From an uncultured Opitutales bacterium (GTDB lineage Bacteria > Verrucomicrobiota > Verrucomicrobiia > Opitutales > CAZQIE01), in NCBI GenBank assembly GCA_964593675.1, contig CAZQIE010000004.1, forward strand, positions 7,267 through 71,266: a stretch of DNA of 64,000 nt, read 5' to 3'. The translations under genes were made by a program, and so were the position numbers. The notes under the pieces are model-generated. The model saw only the letters and a program-made list of their open reading frames with translations, did not search any database and was not told the origin of the DNA. Shown here in pieces: positions 13,824-22,964 of this stretch (the first letter of the stretch is position 1; every line of letters starts with the position of its first letter).

Positions 13824-15008
13824 ATGATCGTCAAACCAAAGGTACGCGGTTTTGTGTGCGTCACGGCTCATCCCACCGGTTGTGCGGCGCACGTTCAGGA
13901 GCAGATTGATTACGTCAAGGCCCAAGGCCCCATCGCCGGTGGCCCCAAGAAGGTCCTCGTCCTCGGCGCCTCCACAGGCTACGGGCTCTCCTCCCGCATC
14001 GTCTCCGCCTTCGGCTGCGGCGCCGGCACCCTCGGCGTGTTCTTCGAGCGCCCTGCTGAAAAAGGCCGCCCGGCCTCCGCCGGCTGGTACAATTCCGCCG
14101 CCGTCGACAACGCCGCCCGCGCCGCCGGCCTCTACAGCAACAGCATCAATGGCGACGCCTTTTCCGACGCCCTCAAAACCCAAGTCGTCGACACCCTCAA
14201 GCGCGAACTCGGCCCCGTCGATCTCGTCATCTACAGCCTCGCCTCCCCGCGCCGCACCGATCCTAAGACCGGCGAAGTCTACAAGTCCGTCCTCAAGCCC
14301 ATCGGCCAAAGCTACACCAGCAAGACCGTTGACACGGACAAAAAGACCATCGAGGCCGTCTCCCTCGACCCCGCCACCCCCGAAGACATCGCGGCCACCC
14401 AGAAAGTCATGGGCGGTGAAGACTGGGAACTCTGGATGCGCGCCCTCGCCGACGCAGGTCTCCTCGCCAAAGGCGCCAAAACCGTCGCCTATTCCTACAT
14501 CGGGCCCGAGCTCACCTATCCCATCTACCGCAACGGCACCATCGGCAAGGCCAAGGAACACCTTGAGCACACCGCCAAAGCCCTCGACGCCCTCCTGGCG
14601 CCCCTCGGCGGCAAGGCCTTCGTCTCCGTCAACAAAGCCGTTGTCACCCAGGCCAGCTCCGCCATCCCGGTCGTCCCGCTCTACATCTCGCTCCTCCTCC
14701 GTGTCATGCGCGAGAAGAACGTCGACGAAGGCTGCATCGAGCAAATCCACCGCCTCTACAAGAGCTTCCTCTATACCGGAGGCGCCGTTCCCGTTGACGC
14801 CGCGGGCCGCATCCGCATCGACGACCTCGAAATGCGCCCCGAAATCCAGCAAGGCGTAGCCGCCCTCTGGCCCCAGGTCACCACGGAGAACCTCGAAAAC
14901 ATCTCCGACTTTGGCCGCTACCAGACCGAGTTCCTCAAGCTCTTCGGTTTCGGCCTCAAGGGCGTGAACTACGACGCCGAAGTCGACGTCGAAGTCCCCC
15001 TGCCGTAA
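13824..15008 (+). CDS. fabV: Trans-2-enoyl-ACP/CoA reductase
   Basis: The internal ATG at 13824 gives MIVKPKVRGFVCVTAHPTGCAAHVQEQIDYV, the canonical FabV N-terminus. LVLGASTGYGL and YSYIGPELT are also present. Confidence 0.93.
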   Translation: MIVKPKVRGFVCVTAHPTGCAAHVQEQIDYVKAQGPIAGGPKKVLVLGASTGYGLSSRIVSAFGCGAGTLGVFFERPAEKGRPASAGWYNSAAVDNAARAAGLYSNSINGDAFSDALKTQVVDTLKRELGPVDLVIYSLASPRRTDPKTGEVYKSVLKPIGQSYTSKTVDTDKKTIEAVSLDPATPEDIAATQKVMGGEDWELWMRALADAGLLAKGAKTVAYSYIGPELTYPIYRNGTIGKAKEHLEHTAKALDALLAPLGGKAFVSVNKAVVTQASSAIPVVPLYISLLLRVMREKNVDEGCIEQIHRLYKSFLYTGGAVPVDAAGRIRIDDLEMRPEIQQGVAALWPQVTTENLENISDFGRYQTEFLKLFGFGLKGVNYDAEVDVEVPLP

Positions 15009-15058
15009 GCCGCCTCCCCGCAGCCGACCGGCTTCGCCCCCGCCCTCGCGGGCCTCAG

Positions 15059-15104
15059 CGTGCCGTGGTATCCCCCGACTTCCGGGAGGTGCCACGGCAC
15101 GTTT
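15059..15104 (+). terminator. Long GC hairpin downstream of fabV (possible terminator)
   Basis: cgtgccgtgg ... ccacggcacg 10-bp outer stem with an inner ccccg/cggg pairing, followed by only ttt. The weak U-tract keeps confidence low. Confidence 0.35.
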
Positions 15105-15439
15105 GCGTACGCCCCGCCCACCTTTTGACACCTCGGCCTCAAGTCTCTCCCTCCCCGGACGACTTTCCCACGCAAACGGCGCACACCGCAGCCTCGGCTA
15201 ACCGCTGTCTCGCCAAAAAACAACCACCTCCTTCGCCTCCACCGGCGTGCGGTCAAGTTCTCTTTCATTCTTGCGCTCAACAACATAAGATGACACTTGA
15301 TAGTGCCAGTTCCCGGACGCTGCATCACCTCACCGCGAGGTCGCTTACCACTCCCGGCGCCCCAGGAACCCGCGTCCGCCACACCCCCGCAGCATCCTGG
15401 CGACACCACGCATCCCAAGGCATCCCCCCTCTTTAAGTC

Positions 15440-16438
15440 ATGACTTCCCTCTGTGCTCTAGTCTGCGGCGGCGGCGGCTTCATCGGCGGCCACCTCGCCA
15501 AGCGCCTCCTCGACGACGGCCTCCAGGTCCGCTGCGTCGACATCAAGCCCCTCTCCGAGTGGTACCAGGTCCACCCCCGCGCCGAAAACCTCGTCCTCGA
15601 CCTCCGCCTCGCCGACGCCTGCGGCATCGCCACCTCCGGCATCGACCACGTTTACAACCTCGCCGCGGACATGGGCGGCATGGGCTTCATCGAAAACAAC
15701 AAAGCCCTCTGCATGCTCAGCGTGCTCATCAACACGCACCTCCTCATGGCCTCCCGCGAGGCCCGCGTAAAACGCTTCTTCTACGCCTCCTCCGCCTGCG
15801 TTTACGCCGCCGACAAGCAGACCACCACCGAAAACCCCGGCCTCAGGGAGTCCGACGCCTACCCCGCCATGCCCGAAGACGGCTACGGCTGGGAGAAGCT
15901 CTTCTCCGAACGCATGTGCCGCCACTTCACCGAAGACTTCGGCCTTGAGACCCGCGTCGCACGCTTCCACAACGTCTACGGCCCCTTCGGCACCTATGAC
16001 GGCGGCCGCGAAAAAGCCCCGGCCGCCATCTGCCGCAAAGTCATTTCCGCAAAACTTAATAAGCAGGACTCCATCGAGATCTGGGGCGACGGCCTCCAGA
16101 CCCGCAGCTTCATGTACATTGATGACTGCATCCGCGGCATCCTCGAGCTCATGCACAGCAACGTCCGCGAGCCCCTGAACCTCGGCAGCGCCGAAATGGT
16201 CTCCATCAACCAGCTCGTCGAGATCGTCGAAAACATCGCCCACCTCTCCCTCAAGCGCCGTTACAAGCTCGATGCCCCCAAAGGCGTGCGCGGCCGCAGC
16301 AGCGACAACACCCTTTTCCGCAGCCATTTTGGCTGGGAGCCCTCGACCACCCTCCGCGCAGGCCTCGAAAAAACCTACGCCTGGATCGAAGCGGAAATGC
16401 AGAAGGCTCACTCCCCCTTTGCGCACGCCCATGGCTAA
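15440..16438 (+). CDS. gme: GDP-mannose 3,5-epimerase-like SDR
   Basis: GGGGFIGGHL, VYNLAADMGGMGFI, RFFYASSACVY, the YGWEK catalytic Y-x3-K, FHNVYGPFGT..GGREKAPAA.CRK, WGDGLQTRSF and GVRGR.SDN are collinear with plant and bacterial GME. Confidence 0.85.
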   Translation: MTSLCALVCGGGGFIGGHLAKRLLDDGLQVRCVDIKPLSEWYQVHPRAENLVLDLRLADACGIATSGIDHVYNLAADMGGMGFIENNKALCMLSVLINTHLLMASREARVKRFFYASSACVYAADKQTTTENPGLRESDAYPAMPEDGYGWEKLFSERMCRHFTEDFGLETRVARFHNVYGPFGTYDGGREKAPAAICRKVISAKLNKQDSIEIWGDGLQTRSFMYIDDCIRGILELMHSNVREPLNLGSAEMVSINQLVEIVENIAHLSLKRRYKLDAPKGVRGRSSDNTLFRSHFGWEPSTTLRAGLEKTYAWIEAEMQKAHSPFAHAHG

Positions 16439-17786
16439 CGCCACCCCTCTCTTTCCCCAAGGCTGGTCCCCCAGCCGCCTCTCTGTCGTCGGCCTCGGCA
16501 AGCTCGGCAGTTGCATGGCCGCCGCCTTCGCCTCCCGCGGCTTCGACGTCATCGGCGTCGACGTCAACACACGCACCGTCGACCTCGTCGGCCGCGGCGA
16601 AGCCCCCGTCGTTGAGACCGGTCTCGCGGACATGCTCCGCGACAACCGCCAGCGCCTCCGCGCCACCACCTCCCATGACGAGGCCATCGACCAGACCGAC
16701 GCCACCTTCGTCATCGTACCCACCCCCAGCGACGCCAACGGCTCCTTCTCCACCCAATACGCCGCCTGGGCCTTCCAGGAACTCGGCGCCTCCCTCAGGA
16801 AAAAAGCCGGCAAGCCCCACCTCTTTGTGATGACCAGCACCGTCCTCCCCGGCGCCTGCCGCGACGTGCTCGTCCCCACCCTCGAAAAAGCCTCCGGCCT
16901 CAAGGCGGGCCGCGATTTCGGCTTCTGCTACTCCCCCGAATTCATCGCCCTCGGCAGCGTCATCCGGGACTTCCTCAACCCCGACTTCACCCTCGTCGGC
17001 GAATGGGACGCCCCCTCCGGCGCCGCCCTGGAAGCCATCTACAAACGCGTCCTCCTCAACGGCGCCCCCTGCCGCCGCATGAGCGTCGAGAACGCCGAGC
17101 TCGCCAAAGTCTCCCTCAACGCCTACGTCACCCTCAAGATCACCTTCGCCAACATGCTCGCCGAGGCCTGCGCCAAGCTCCCCGGCGGCGATGTCGACGC
17201 CGTGACCCAGGCCCTCGGGTTTGACCGCCGTATCGGCTCCCGCTACCTCCGCGGCGGCTCCAGCTTCGGCGGCCCCTGCTTCCCGCGCGACAACCGCGCC
17301 CTCGCCCATGCCCTCGGTGAGCTCGGCGTGCCTCAGGATCTCCCCCTTACCACCGACCGCCTCAACGAAACCTGGATCGACCGCACCACCGACCGCGTCG
17401 CCTTCCTCGTGCCTGCCGGCTCCACCGTCACGCTCCTCGGCCTCTCCTACAAGCCCGCGTCCCCGGTCCTCGAAGCCTCGGCCTCCCTCGCGCTCGCCGA
17501 GCGCCTCAGCTCACGCGGCTTCCGTGTCGTCGCGCACGACCCCCTCGTCCCGACCAACGCCTTCACCGGCCACCAGCGCATCGTCATGCAGTCCGACGTC
17601 CGCGCCGCCCTCCATAAGGCCAGCCTCGTCCTCGTCGCCAACCCGGACCCCGCCTACGAAGCCCTCCGCGAAGCCGACTTTGCCGACTGCGCCCCCGACG
17701 TCATCGTCTTCGACCTCTGGCGCCTCCTGCGCCCGCACCTCGCCAAGAGCACCAAGCTCCGCTACATCGCGCACGGCGTCGCCTGA
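16431..17786 (+). CDS. Nucleotide-sugar 6-dehydrogenase (UDP-glucose/GDP-mannose dehydrogenase family)
   Basis: The internal ATG at 16431 overlaps the gme stop by 8 nt. N-terminal Rossmann VVGLGKLGSCMAAAFASRGFDVIGVD, central NAELAKV..NAY, and a catalytic-cysteine region GGSSFGGPCFPRD. Confidence 0.85.
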   Translation: MANATPLFPQGWSPSRLSVVGLGKLGSCMAAAFASRGFDVIGVDVNTRTVDLVGRGEAPVVETGLADMLRDNRQRLRATTSHDEAIDQTDATFVIVPTPSDANGSFSTQYAAWAFQELGASLRKKAGKPHLFVMTSTVLPGACRDVLVPTLEKASGLKAGRDFGFCYSPEFIALGSVIRDFLNPDFTLVGEWDAPSGAALEAIYKRVLLNGAPCRRMSVENAELAKVSLNAYVTLKITFANMLAEACAKLPGGDVDAVTQALGFDRRIGSRYLRGGSSFGGPCFPRDNRALAHALGELGVPQDLPLTTDRLNETWIDRTTDRVAFLVPAGSTVTLLGLSYKPASPVLEASASLALAERLSSRGFRVVAHDPLVPTNAFTGHQRIVMQSDVRAALHKASLVLVANPDPAYEALREADFADCAPDVIVFDLWRLLRPHLAKSTKLRYIAHGVA

Positions 17787-17804
17787 CCTTCCTCTCCCTC
17801 CCCC

Positions 17805-18959
17805 ATGAGCAACGCCGGCACTCTCGATACCTACAACGCCGACATCCAGAAGCGCCTCGGCGCACGTTGGCCCCATAACGCCGAGGTTGCCCAAACCCGC
17901 CTCCTTACCGCCTGGGCAAGCGGCCTCGAACGCCCCGAGTCCATCGCCCTCGAAGGCGTCGCCGCCGCCGGCTTCCGCTTCCTTGAAGGCGGCCACCCCG
18001 AACTCGCCCGCCGCGTCCTCCCCCTTCTCGATTCCCCCGAGTTCGAGTTCGACCGCCGCTTCCTCGCCCACCGCTGCGGCCTCACCGACACCCTCCCGCC
18101 ACGCATCCCTTTCCTCCTCGCCACCCACGCCGGCGAAATCCCCAACCCCGATTCCATGGCCCGCCAGACCGCCGCCATGGACCGCCTTGCCGCCGTCGCC
18201 CGTGAAGACGGCGCCATCCATACCCTCAACATCCGTTACAAAGAGGAAAAGTCCGCGCACCCCGCGCTCCCCGACTCCTACCTCGAACGCTCAGGCCGCG
18301 ACCTCCTCGGCCCTGAAGTCCGCCGCCTCCCCATCATGCGCGAAGTCTTCGACCGCGCAGCCGACGCCGCCCACCGCGCAGGCCTCGAATATTTCGGGTT
18401 CATGAACGGCGACATCCTCATGCACCGCGACGCCATCGTCCTCGCGCGCATGTATATGGAACACGGCTTTGAAGCCCTCGCCTTTGTCCGAACCGACATC
18501 CCCGCACTCAGCCGAGAATCCCCCGCGGACTGGCTTGAAGTCCACCTCTCCGGCGCAGACCTCTTCATCTTCAAGACCTCCTGGTGGCGCCAGTACAACG
18601 ACCTCCTGCGCGACTACATCATGTCCTGCTACTGGTGGGACCGCGTTCTCATGGGCCTCATGGTCCTCTACGGCCGCGCCGCCTATGTCGCCCACGTCCG
18701 CGGCCTCATGTTCCACCCCGTCCACACCCGCGTTTCCACCACCCGCCCGGACGTTGCCCACAACACCAACCTCTGCATGCGCGAGGACTCCTTCTACTAC
18801 GACCTCAACTGCGCCTACATCCGACGCCTCGAAGAGTTCCTCGGCAAACAGCGCTCCCTTCCCACCTTCAAGGCCAACCAGGAACTCTACGAACCCAGCA
18901 GCCTCGTCGACTTCCGCCGGCGCCTCCGCCCAGACCTCTTCAAAACACCGGCCAAATGA
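17805..18959 (+). CDS. Hypothetical protein (possibly GT-A-like), conserved operon member
   Basis: ATG at 17805, 384 aa, normal composition. Its stop overlaps the next start (ATGA). No diagnostic motif; FGFMNGDILM and GADLFIF faintly resemble GT-A DxD and acceptor regions. Confidence 0.6.
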   Translation: MSNAGTLDTYNADIQKRLGARWPHNAEVAQTRLLTAWASGLERPESIALEGVAAAGFRFLEGGHPELARRVLPLLDSPEFEFDRRFLAHRCGLTDTLPPRIPFLLATHAGEIPNPDSMARQTAAMDRLAAVAREDGAIHTLNIRYKEEKSAHPALPDSYLERSGRDLLGPEVRRLPIMREVFDRAADAAHRAGLEYFGFMNGDILMHRDAIVLARMYMEHGFEALAFVRTDIPALSRESPADWLEVHLSGADLFIFKTSWWRQYNDLLRDYIMSCYWWDRVLMGLMVLYGRAAYVAHVRGLMFHPVHTRVSTTRPDVAHNTNLCMREDSFYYDLNCAYIRRLEEFLGKQRSLPTFKANQELYEPSSLVDFRRRLRPDLFKTPAK

Positions 18960-20587
18960 CAGACCTTGAGGAAGAGCTTTCCGGTCTTGAAGCCCTCGCC
19001 GCAGGCGCAGACACCGACCCCGCGCCCGCCGGTCTCCTTGCCCTCGCCCGCGCCTCCTGCGCCGCGGACTCCGCCTGGGCCGAGGCCTTCCTCAACCTCC
19101 TCGACACCCACCGCTCCATCGCGGTCGCCCTCCTTGTCTGGCGCCGCGCGGCCGCCTCTGGCGCCACCGCGCTCGCCGAAGCCGCCGCCTCCATCCTCTC
19201 CCGCCGCGTGCCTGACCTCCCCGAAGTCGCCGCGCTCCTCCAGCGCCGCGCTGACGACGGTTCCCGTCCGCCCCCCGTTGCCGCGCCTTTCTATCCCCTT
19301 GCTCCCCGCGCGTGGAACCCCTTTTGCGGAGACGAGTCCATCCCCCTCCGCGCCCTAGCAGGGTGGGGGGGCATCCATGCCGTTCAAACCCTCTGGGTCG
19401 TCGGTGCCCACGAGTTCCGCGAGCACGCCACCTACCGCAGGCTCTTTCCCTCCCTCCGCAACATCGTCCTCTTCGAGCCAAATCCCCGCCTCGTCGCCAG
19501 CCTCCGTGAGTCCTGCGCCCACTCCGGCGTAACCCTCGTCCCCTGCGCCCTCTCGGATCACGACGGCTCCGCTCGCCTCAAGATCAGCTCCAACGAAGGA
19601 CTCTCCAGTTCCCTTTTTGATTTCGGCCTCCACAGCCAGGCCGCGCCCGACGTCACCTTTGTCGAAGAAGTCGCAGTCTCCGTCCGCCGCGTGGATTCCG
19701 TCCTCGCGGAGCACCGCCTCCCCCTGCCGGACGTCCTCGTGATCGACGCCCAGGGCGCCGAGGACAAGATCCTCTCCGGCACCCCCGCTGCCGTACTGGA
19801 GCACGCCCGCGTCATCTACGTCGAAACCAGCAAGGCCGAAGTTTACCGCGGCGGCACCTCTTACCACGCCGTACAGCAGCGCCTCAGCCCCACCCACCGC
19901 TACGTCGCCTTCGCCTCCATCCCCGGCCACCACGGCCTCCACGGCAACTCCCTCTTTGTCCGACGCCTCGGCCGCACCGCCGCGCCCGCCCCGGTCGCCC
20001 CGGCGGACCCCTTCGCCCACGCGCTCAGCCTCGCCCGTCAAGGCCTCCTCCGCGCCGCCGCCCGCCTCTTCGACGCCTCCACCCATCCCAACGCCGCCCG
20101 CAACGTCGCCACACTCGAGGCCCTCATCGCCGCCCCCGCACTCCCGGCCACCGCAGCCCTCGTTGACGAACTCGACCAGCCCGTCCCCCTTGTCGGTGCG
20201 GAAGCCCGCCCCCTCTGGTCCCTTACCCCCGCGGACGCCGCCACGCTCCGCCTCGCCCTCACCGCCGATTTCTTCGGCGCCACCCGCCCGGACGTCTCCT
20301 CCCGCCCCCTCTACCTCTGGGGCGCCGGCGCAGGCGGACGCCGCGTCCTCGCTCTGTGCCGCGCCGTCGGCCTCAACGTCGCCGCCCTTGTTGACCGCGA
20401 CCCCGCAAAACACGGCTCCACCCTCGAAAGCCTCGCCGTCGTCTCCCCCGACGCCCTCAAAGCCGCCCAGCCGCGCCCCTTCGTCATCATCGCTTCCATG
20501 TACGCCCCCGAAATCGCCCGCCAACTGCGCGGCCTCGGTTTTGGGCAGGCGGACTTCTGCATCCCCGCACCCTTTTTCCAGCCATGA
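18956..20587 (+). CDS. FkbM-family methyltransferase fused to a C-terminal Rossmann-like module
   Basis: The true start is ATG 18956 (ATGA overlap); the upstream 124 codons of the track ORF are P/R-rich overlap. The central region LWVVGAHEF..VLFEPNP..PCALSDHDG..VIDAQGAE..IYVE is FkbM-like. The C-terminus is LYLWGAGAGGRRVLALCRAVGLNVAALVDRDPAKHG. Confidence 0.75.
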   Translation: MTDLEEELSGLEALAAGADTDPAPAGLLALARASCAADSAWAEAFLNLLDTHRSIAVALLVWRRAAASGATALAEAAASILSRRVPDLPEVAALLQRRADDGSRPPPVAAPFYPLAPRAWNPFCGDESIPLRALAGWGGIHAVQTLWVVGAHEFREHATYRRLFPSLRNIVLFEPNPRLVASLRESCAHSGVTLVPCALSDHDGSARLKISSNEGLSSSLFDFGLHSQAAPDVTFVEEVAVSVRRVDSVLAEHRLPLPDVLVIDAQGAEDKILSGTPAAVLEHARVIYVETSKAEVYRGGTSYHAVQQRLSPTHRYVAFASIPGHHGLHGNSLFVRRLGRTAAPAPVAPADPFAHALSLARQGLLRAAARLFDASTHPNAARNVATLEALIAAPALPATAALVDELDQPVPLVGAEARPLWSLTPADAATLRLALTADFFGATRPDVSSRPLYLWGAGAGGRRVLALCRAVGLNVAALVDRDPAKHGSTLESLAVVSPDALKAAQPRPFVIIASMYAPEIARQLRGLGFGQADFCIPAPFFQP

Positions 20588-21858
20588 GCCGGCTCGCCGT
20601 CATCGTTCCCAACTACAACCACGCCGAGTACCTGCCCGACGCCCTCAACGGCATCGTCTCGCAGACCCGACTCCCCGACGATGTCCTCATCGTCGACGAC
20701 TGCTCCACCGACAACAGTTGGGAAGTCATTCTCGATTGGCAGCGCCGCTTCCCCAACCTCATCCGCGCCGTCCGTAACGAAAAAAACCTCGGCGCCCTCG
20801 GGAACCAGAAACGCGGCCTCGAGCTCACCCAGAGCGACTACATCTACCTCCATTCCGCCGACGACCTCGTCGAGCCCGACTGCTTCGAAGTCTACACCCG
20901 CCTCCTTGACCAGCACCCGCAGGCTCCCCTCGTCGCCAGCCGCACCGTCGTCTTCAAGGAAAACAAAACGGACGCCGTATACGAAGCCGGCCGCTGGTGC
21001 CCCTCCGAAGGCTACCATGGCCCCGAAGAATGCGCCCGCGAGCTCCGCTCACGCTTCTTTTGCAGCGGCCAGGTCATGTACCGCCGCCACGCCCTAGATG
21101 AAGCCGGCGGCTTCCACTACGACCTCGGCAATTTCTGCGACTGGTTCTGGCTCCACTGCAACATGCTCCGTCACGGCATGTGCTTCACCCCAAGACCCGT
21201 CACTGTCTTCCGCCTCGTTGAAAGCTCCTTCTCGGCCACGCAGGACCGCGACCAACAGCGCCGCCTCAAGGCCGCACGCTACCTCCTGAACCTCCTCTCC
21301 GAACCCCGCTTCGCCGACGTCCTCCCGCGCTTCGCGGAAAGCGGCGTCATCCTCCAGCTTGGCGACGCCGTCGCCCACGCCATCCTCTCCGAGCCCCGCT
21401 GGTGGACACCCCAGATGTTCGCCCTCGCCTACGGCAACCTGCACGAGTGGGCCGAGCAAAACCGCCGCATGCGCCTCCAGGGCTTCCGCGTCTTCTCCGA
21501 GCCCACGCTCGAAGAAAAGATCGCGCCCGTCGCCATGCAGGCCATCGCCAAGTGCAACAGCCGCCGCGTCTCCAACGTCGCCTTTTACGGCGCCGGCACC
21601 CACACCAAAACCCTCATGGCCCAGTGGAAGCGCCTCGGCGGCCCCGCTCCCACCTGCATCCTCGTCTCCCGCAAGGCACCCGGACAAGACACCTTCGAAG
21701 GGCTCCCCGTCGTCTCCGCCCTCGAAGCCACCTTTGCGCCCGGCACCCTCGTCATCCTCTCCTCCATGAACTACGAGCGAGACATGGCCGCTGTCCTCCG
21801 CGCCGCGCACCCCGACGTCCCCTTCATCGCCCTCTGGGACCCCTCCCTTGGCCTCTGA
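20584..21858 (+). CDS. Family 2 glycosyltransferase with a C-terminal Rossmann-like module
   Basis: ATGA overlap at 20584. VIVPNYNHAEYLPDALNGIVSQT..DDVLIVDDCSTDNS and HSADD are GT2 motifs. The C-terminal VAFYGAGTHTKTLMAQWKRLG ... FEGLPVVS module recurs elsewhere in the locus. Confidence 0.85.
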   Translation: MSRLAVIVPNYNHAEYLPDALNGIVSQTRLPDDVLIVDDCSTDNSWEVILDWQRRFPNLIRAVRNEKNLGALGNQKRGLELTQSDYIYLHSADDLVEPDCFEVYTRLLDQHPQAPLVASRTVVFKENKTDAVYEAGRWCPSEGYHGPEECARELRSRFFCSGQVMYRRHALDEAGGFHYDLGNFCDWFWLHCNMLRHGMCFTPRPVTVFRLVESSFSATQDRDQQRRLKAARYLLNLLSEPRFADVLPRFAESGVILQLGDAVAHAILSEPRWWTPQMFALAYGNLHEWAEQNRRMRLQGFRVFSEPTLEEKIAPVAMQAIAKCNSRRVSNVAFYGAGTHTKTLMAQWKRLGGPAPTCILVSRKAPGQDTFEGLPVVSALEATFAPGTLVILSSMNYERDMAAVLRAAHPDVPFIALWDPSLGL

Positions 21859-22876
21859 AGCTCCCAGCTCCCGCCCCTACGTCAGCATCGTCGTCGTCTC
21901 CCGCAACGACGACCACGGCGGCAAACTCATGGAGCGCCTCGGCGCGTTCTGGGAAAACGTCACCCACTTCGCACCCCGCTCCGGCCTTCGCCTCGAAGTC
22001 GTCCTCGTCGAGTGGAACCCGCCCGCCGACCGCCCACCTCTCGCTGACGTCCTCCCCATTCCCGCCTTCCGCGACGGCCTTGACCTCCGCATCGTCACCG
22101 TCCCCGAAGCCGTCCACCGCCGCATCCCGCGCTATTTCAACATCCCGCTCTTCCAAATGATCGGGAAGAACGTCGGCATCCGCCGCGCCCGCGCAGACTA
22201 CGTCCTCGTCACCTGCAACGACCTCATCTTCACCGAAGCCCTCTACCACTTTCTCGCCGCGCGCGTCCTTGACCCCTCCCGCACCTACCGCCTCGACCGC
22301 TTCGACCTCCCCGTGCGCGAGCTCCCTCCCCTCGGCCCCCAAGGCCGCCTCGATTTTTGCGCCACCCAAACCTGCACCGTCTGCGGCGCCCGTGACCGTG
22401 AGGGCATAACCGCCATCACCTTTGACGGCCCCCGCCACGCCTTTCTCCGTGCCGACCCCCAAGCCCTGCGCCGCTTCGCCAACGCCGGCCTCGGCTACCC
22501 CCTTCACACCAACGCCTGCGGCGACTTCACCCTCATGGCCCGCGACGCCTGGTTCGCCCTCCGCGGCCATAACGAGCTTCCCCTCGGCGACGTCTACGTT
22601 GACGGCCTCGTGAACTTCGCCGCCGCCGCCCTCGGCCTCAGGCAGGTCTACCTCGGCGACCCCGTCCGCGCCTACCACATCGCCCACGGCCTCAACTGCA
22701 CCATCGACATCGAGCAGCGCCGCCGCCACCGGCCCTCCCTCAACTACGCCCTCGACTACGTCCCCTGGTGCGAAGCCATCCTCCGCAACAGCGCCCCCAT
22801 GAACGTCAATAACGACGACTGGGGCCTCGCCTACGAAGACCTCCCCGAAACCTGGCTCTGCCGCGCAGGCAGGTAG
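21848..22876 (+). CDS. GT2-like glycosyltransferase
   Basis: TTG start at 21848, an 11-nt overlap; no in-frame ATG precedes the conserved YVSIVVVSRNDDHGG region. VTCNDLIF is a DxD-like motif. Confidence 0.65.
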   Translation: MASEAPSSRPYVSIVVVSRNDDHGGKLMERLGAFWENVTHFAPRSGLRLEVVLVEWNPPADRPPLADVLPIPAFRDGLDLRIVTVPEAVHRRIPRYFNIPLFQMIGKNVGIRRARADYVLVTCNDLIFTEALYHFLAARVLDPSRTYRLDRFDLPVRELPPLGPQGRLDFCATQTCTVCGARDREGITAITFDGPRHAFLRADPQALRRFANAGLGYPLHTNACGDFTLMARDAWFALRGHNELPLGDVYVDGLVNFAAAALGLRQVYLGDPVRAYHIAHGLNCTIDIEQRRRHRPSLNYALDYVPWCEAILRNSAPMNVNNDDWGLAYEDLPETWLCRAGR

Positions 22877-22964
22877 GGCAGGGGCCCACGCCCGGCACCG
22901 CAGCTATCCGCCTCCCCTCCAATTTCCACAACGTTCCGCGCACATATCTAGCCCTCCCAAAAGC

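Noticed and set aside
15065-15436. A 123-aa ORF filling the fabV-gme spacer.
   Set aside because: The translation is P/S/T/R/H-rich with no motif and no ribosome-binding context. The region is more plausibly promoter and leader DNA for the glycan operon.
18584-18955. N-terminal extensions suggested by the ORF track. Besides this one they are 16272-16430, 9431-9616, 13776-13823, 31498-31725, 46910-47065, 59826-60020, 25469-25630 and 36261-36437.
   Set aside because: The extended parts are P/R/G-rich, overlap the preceding gene or repeat DNA, and precede internal ATGs that give canonical family N-termini (for example MIVKPKVRGF for FabV and MCGRF for SRAP) or classic ATGA/TGATG coupling. Internal starts were therefore preferred.
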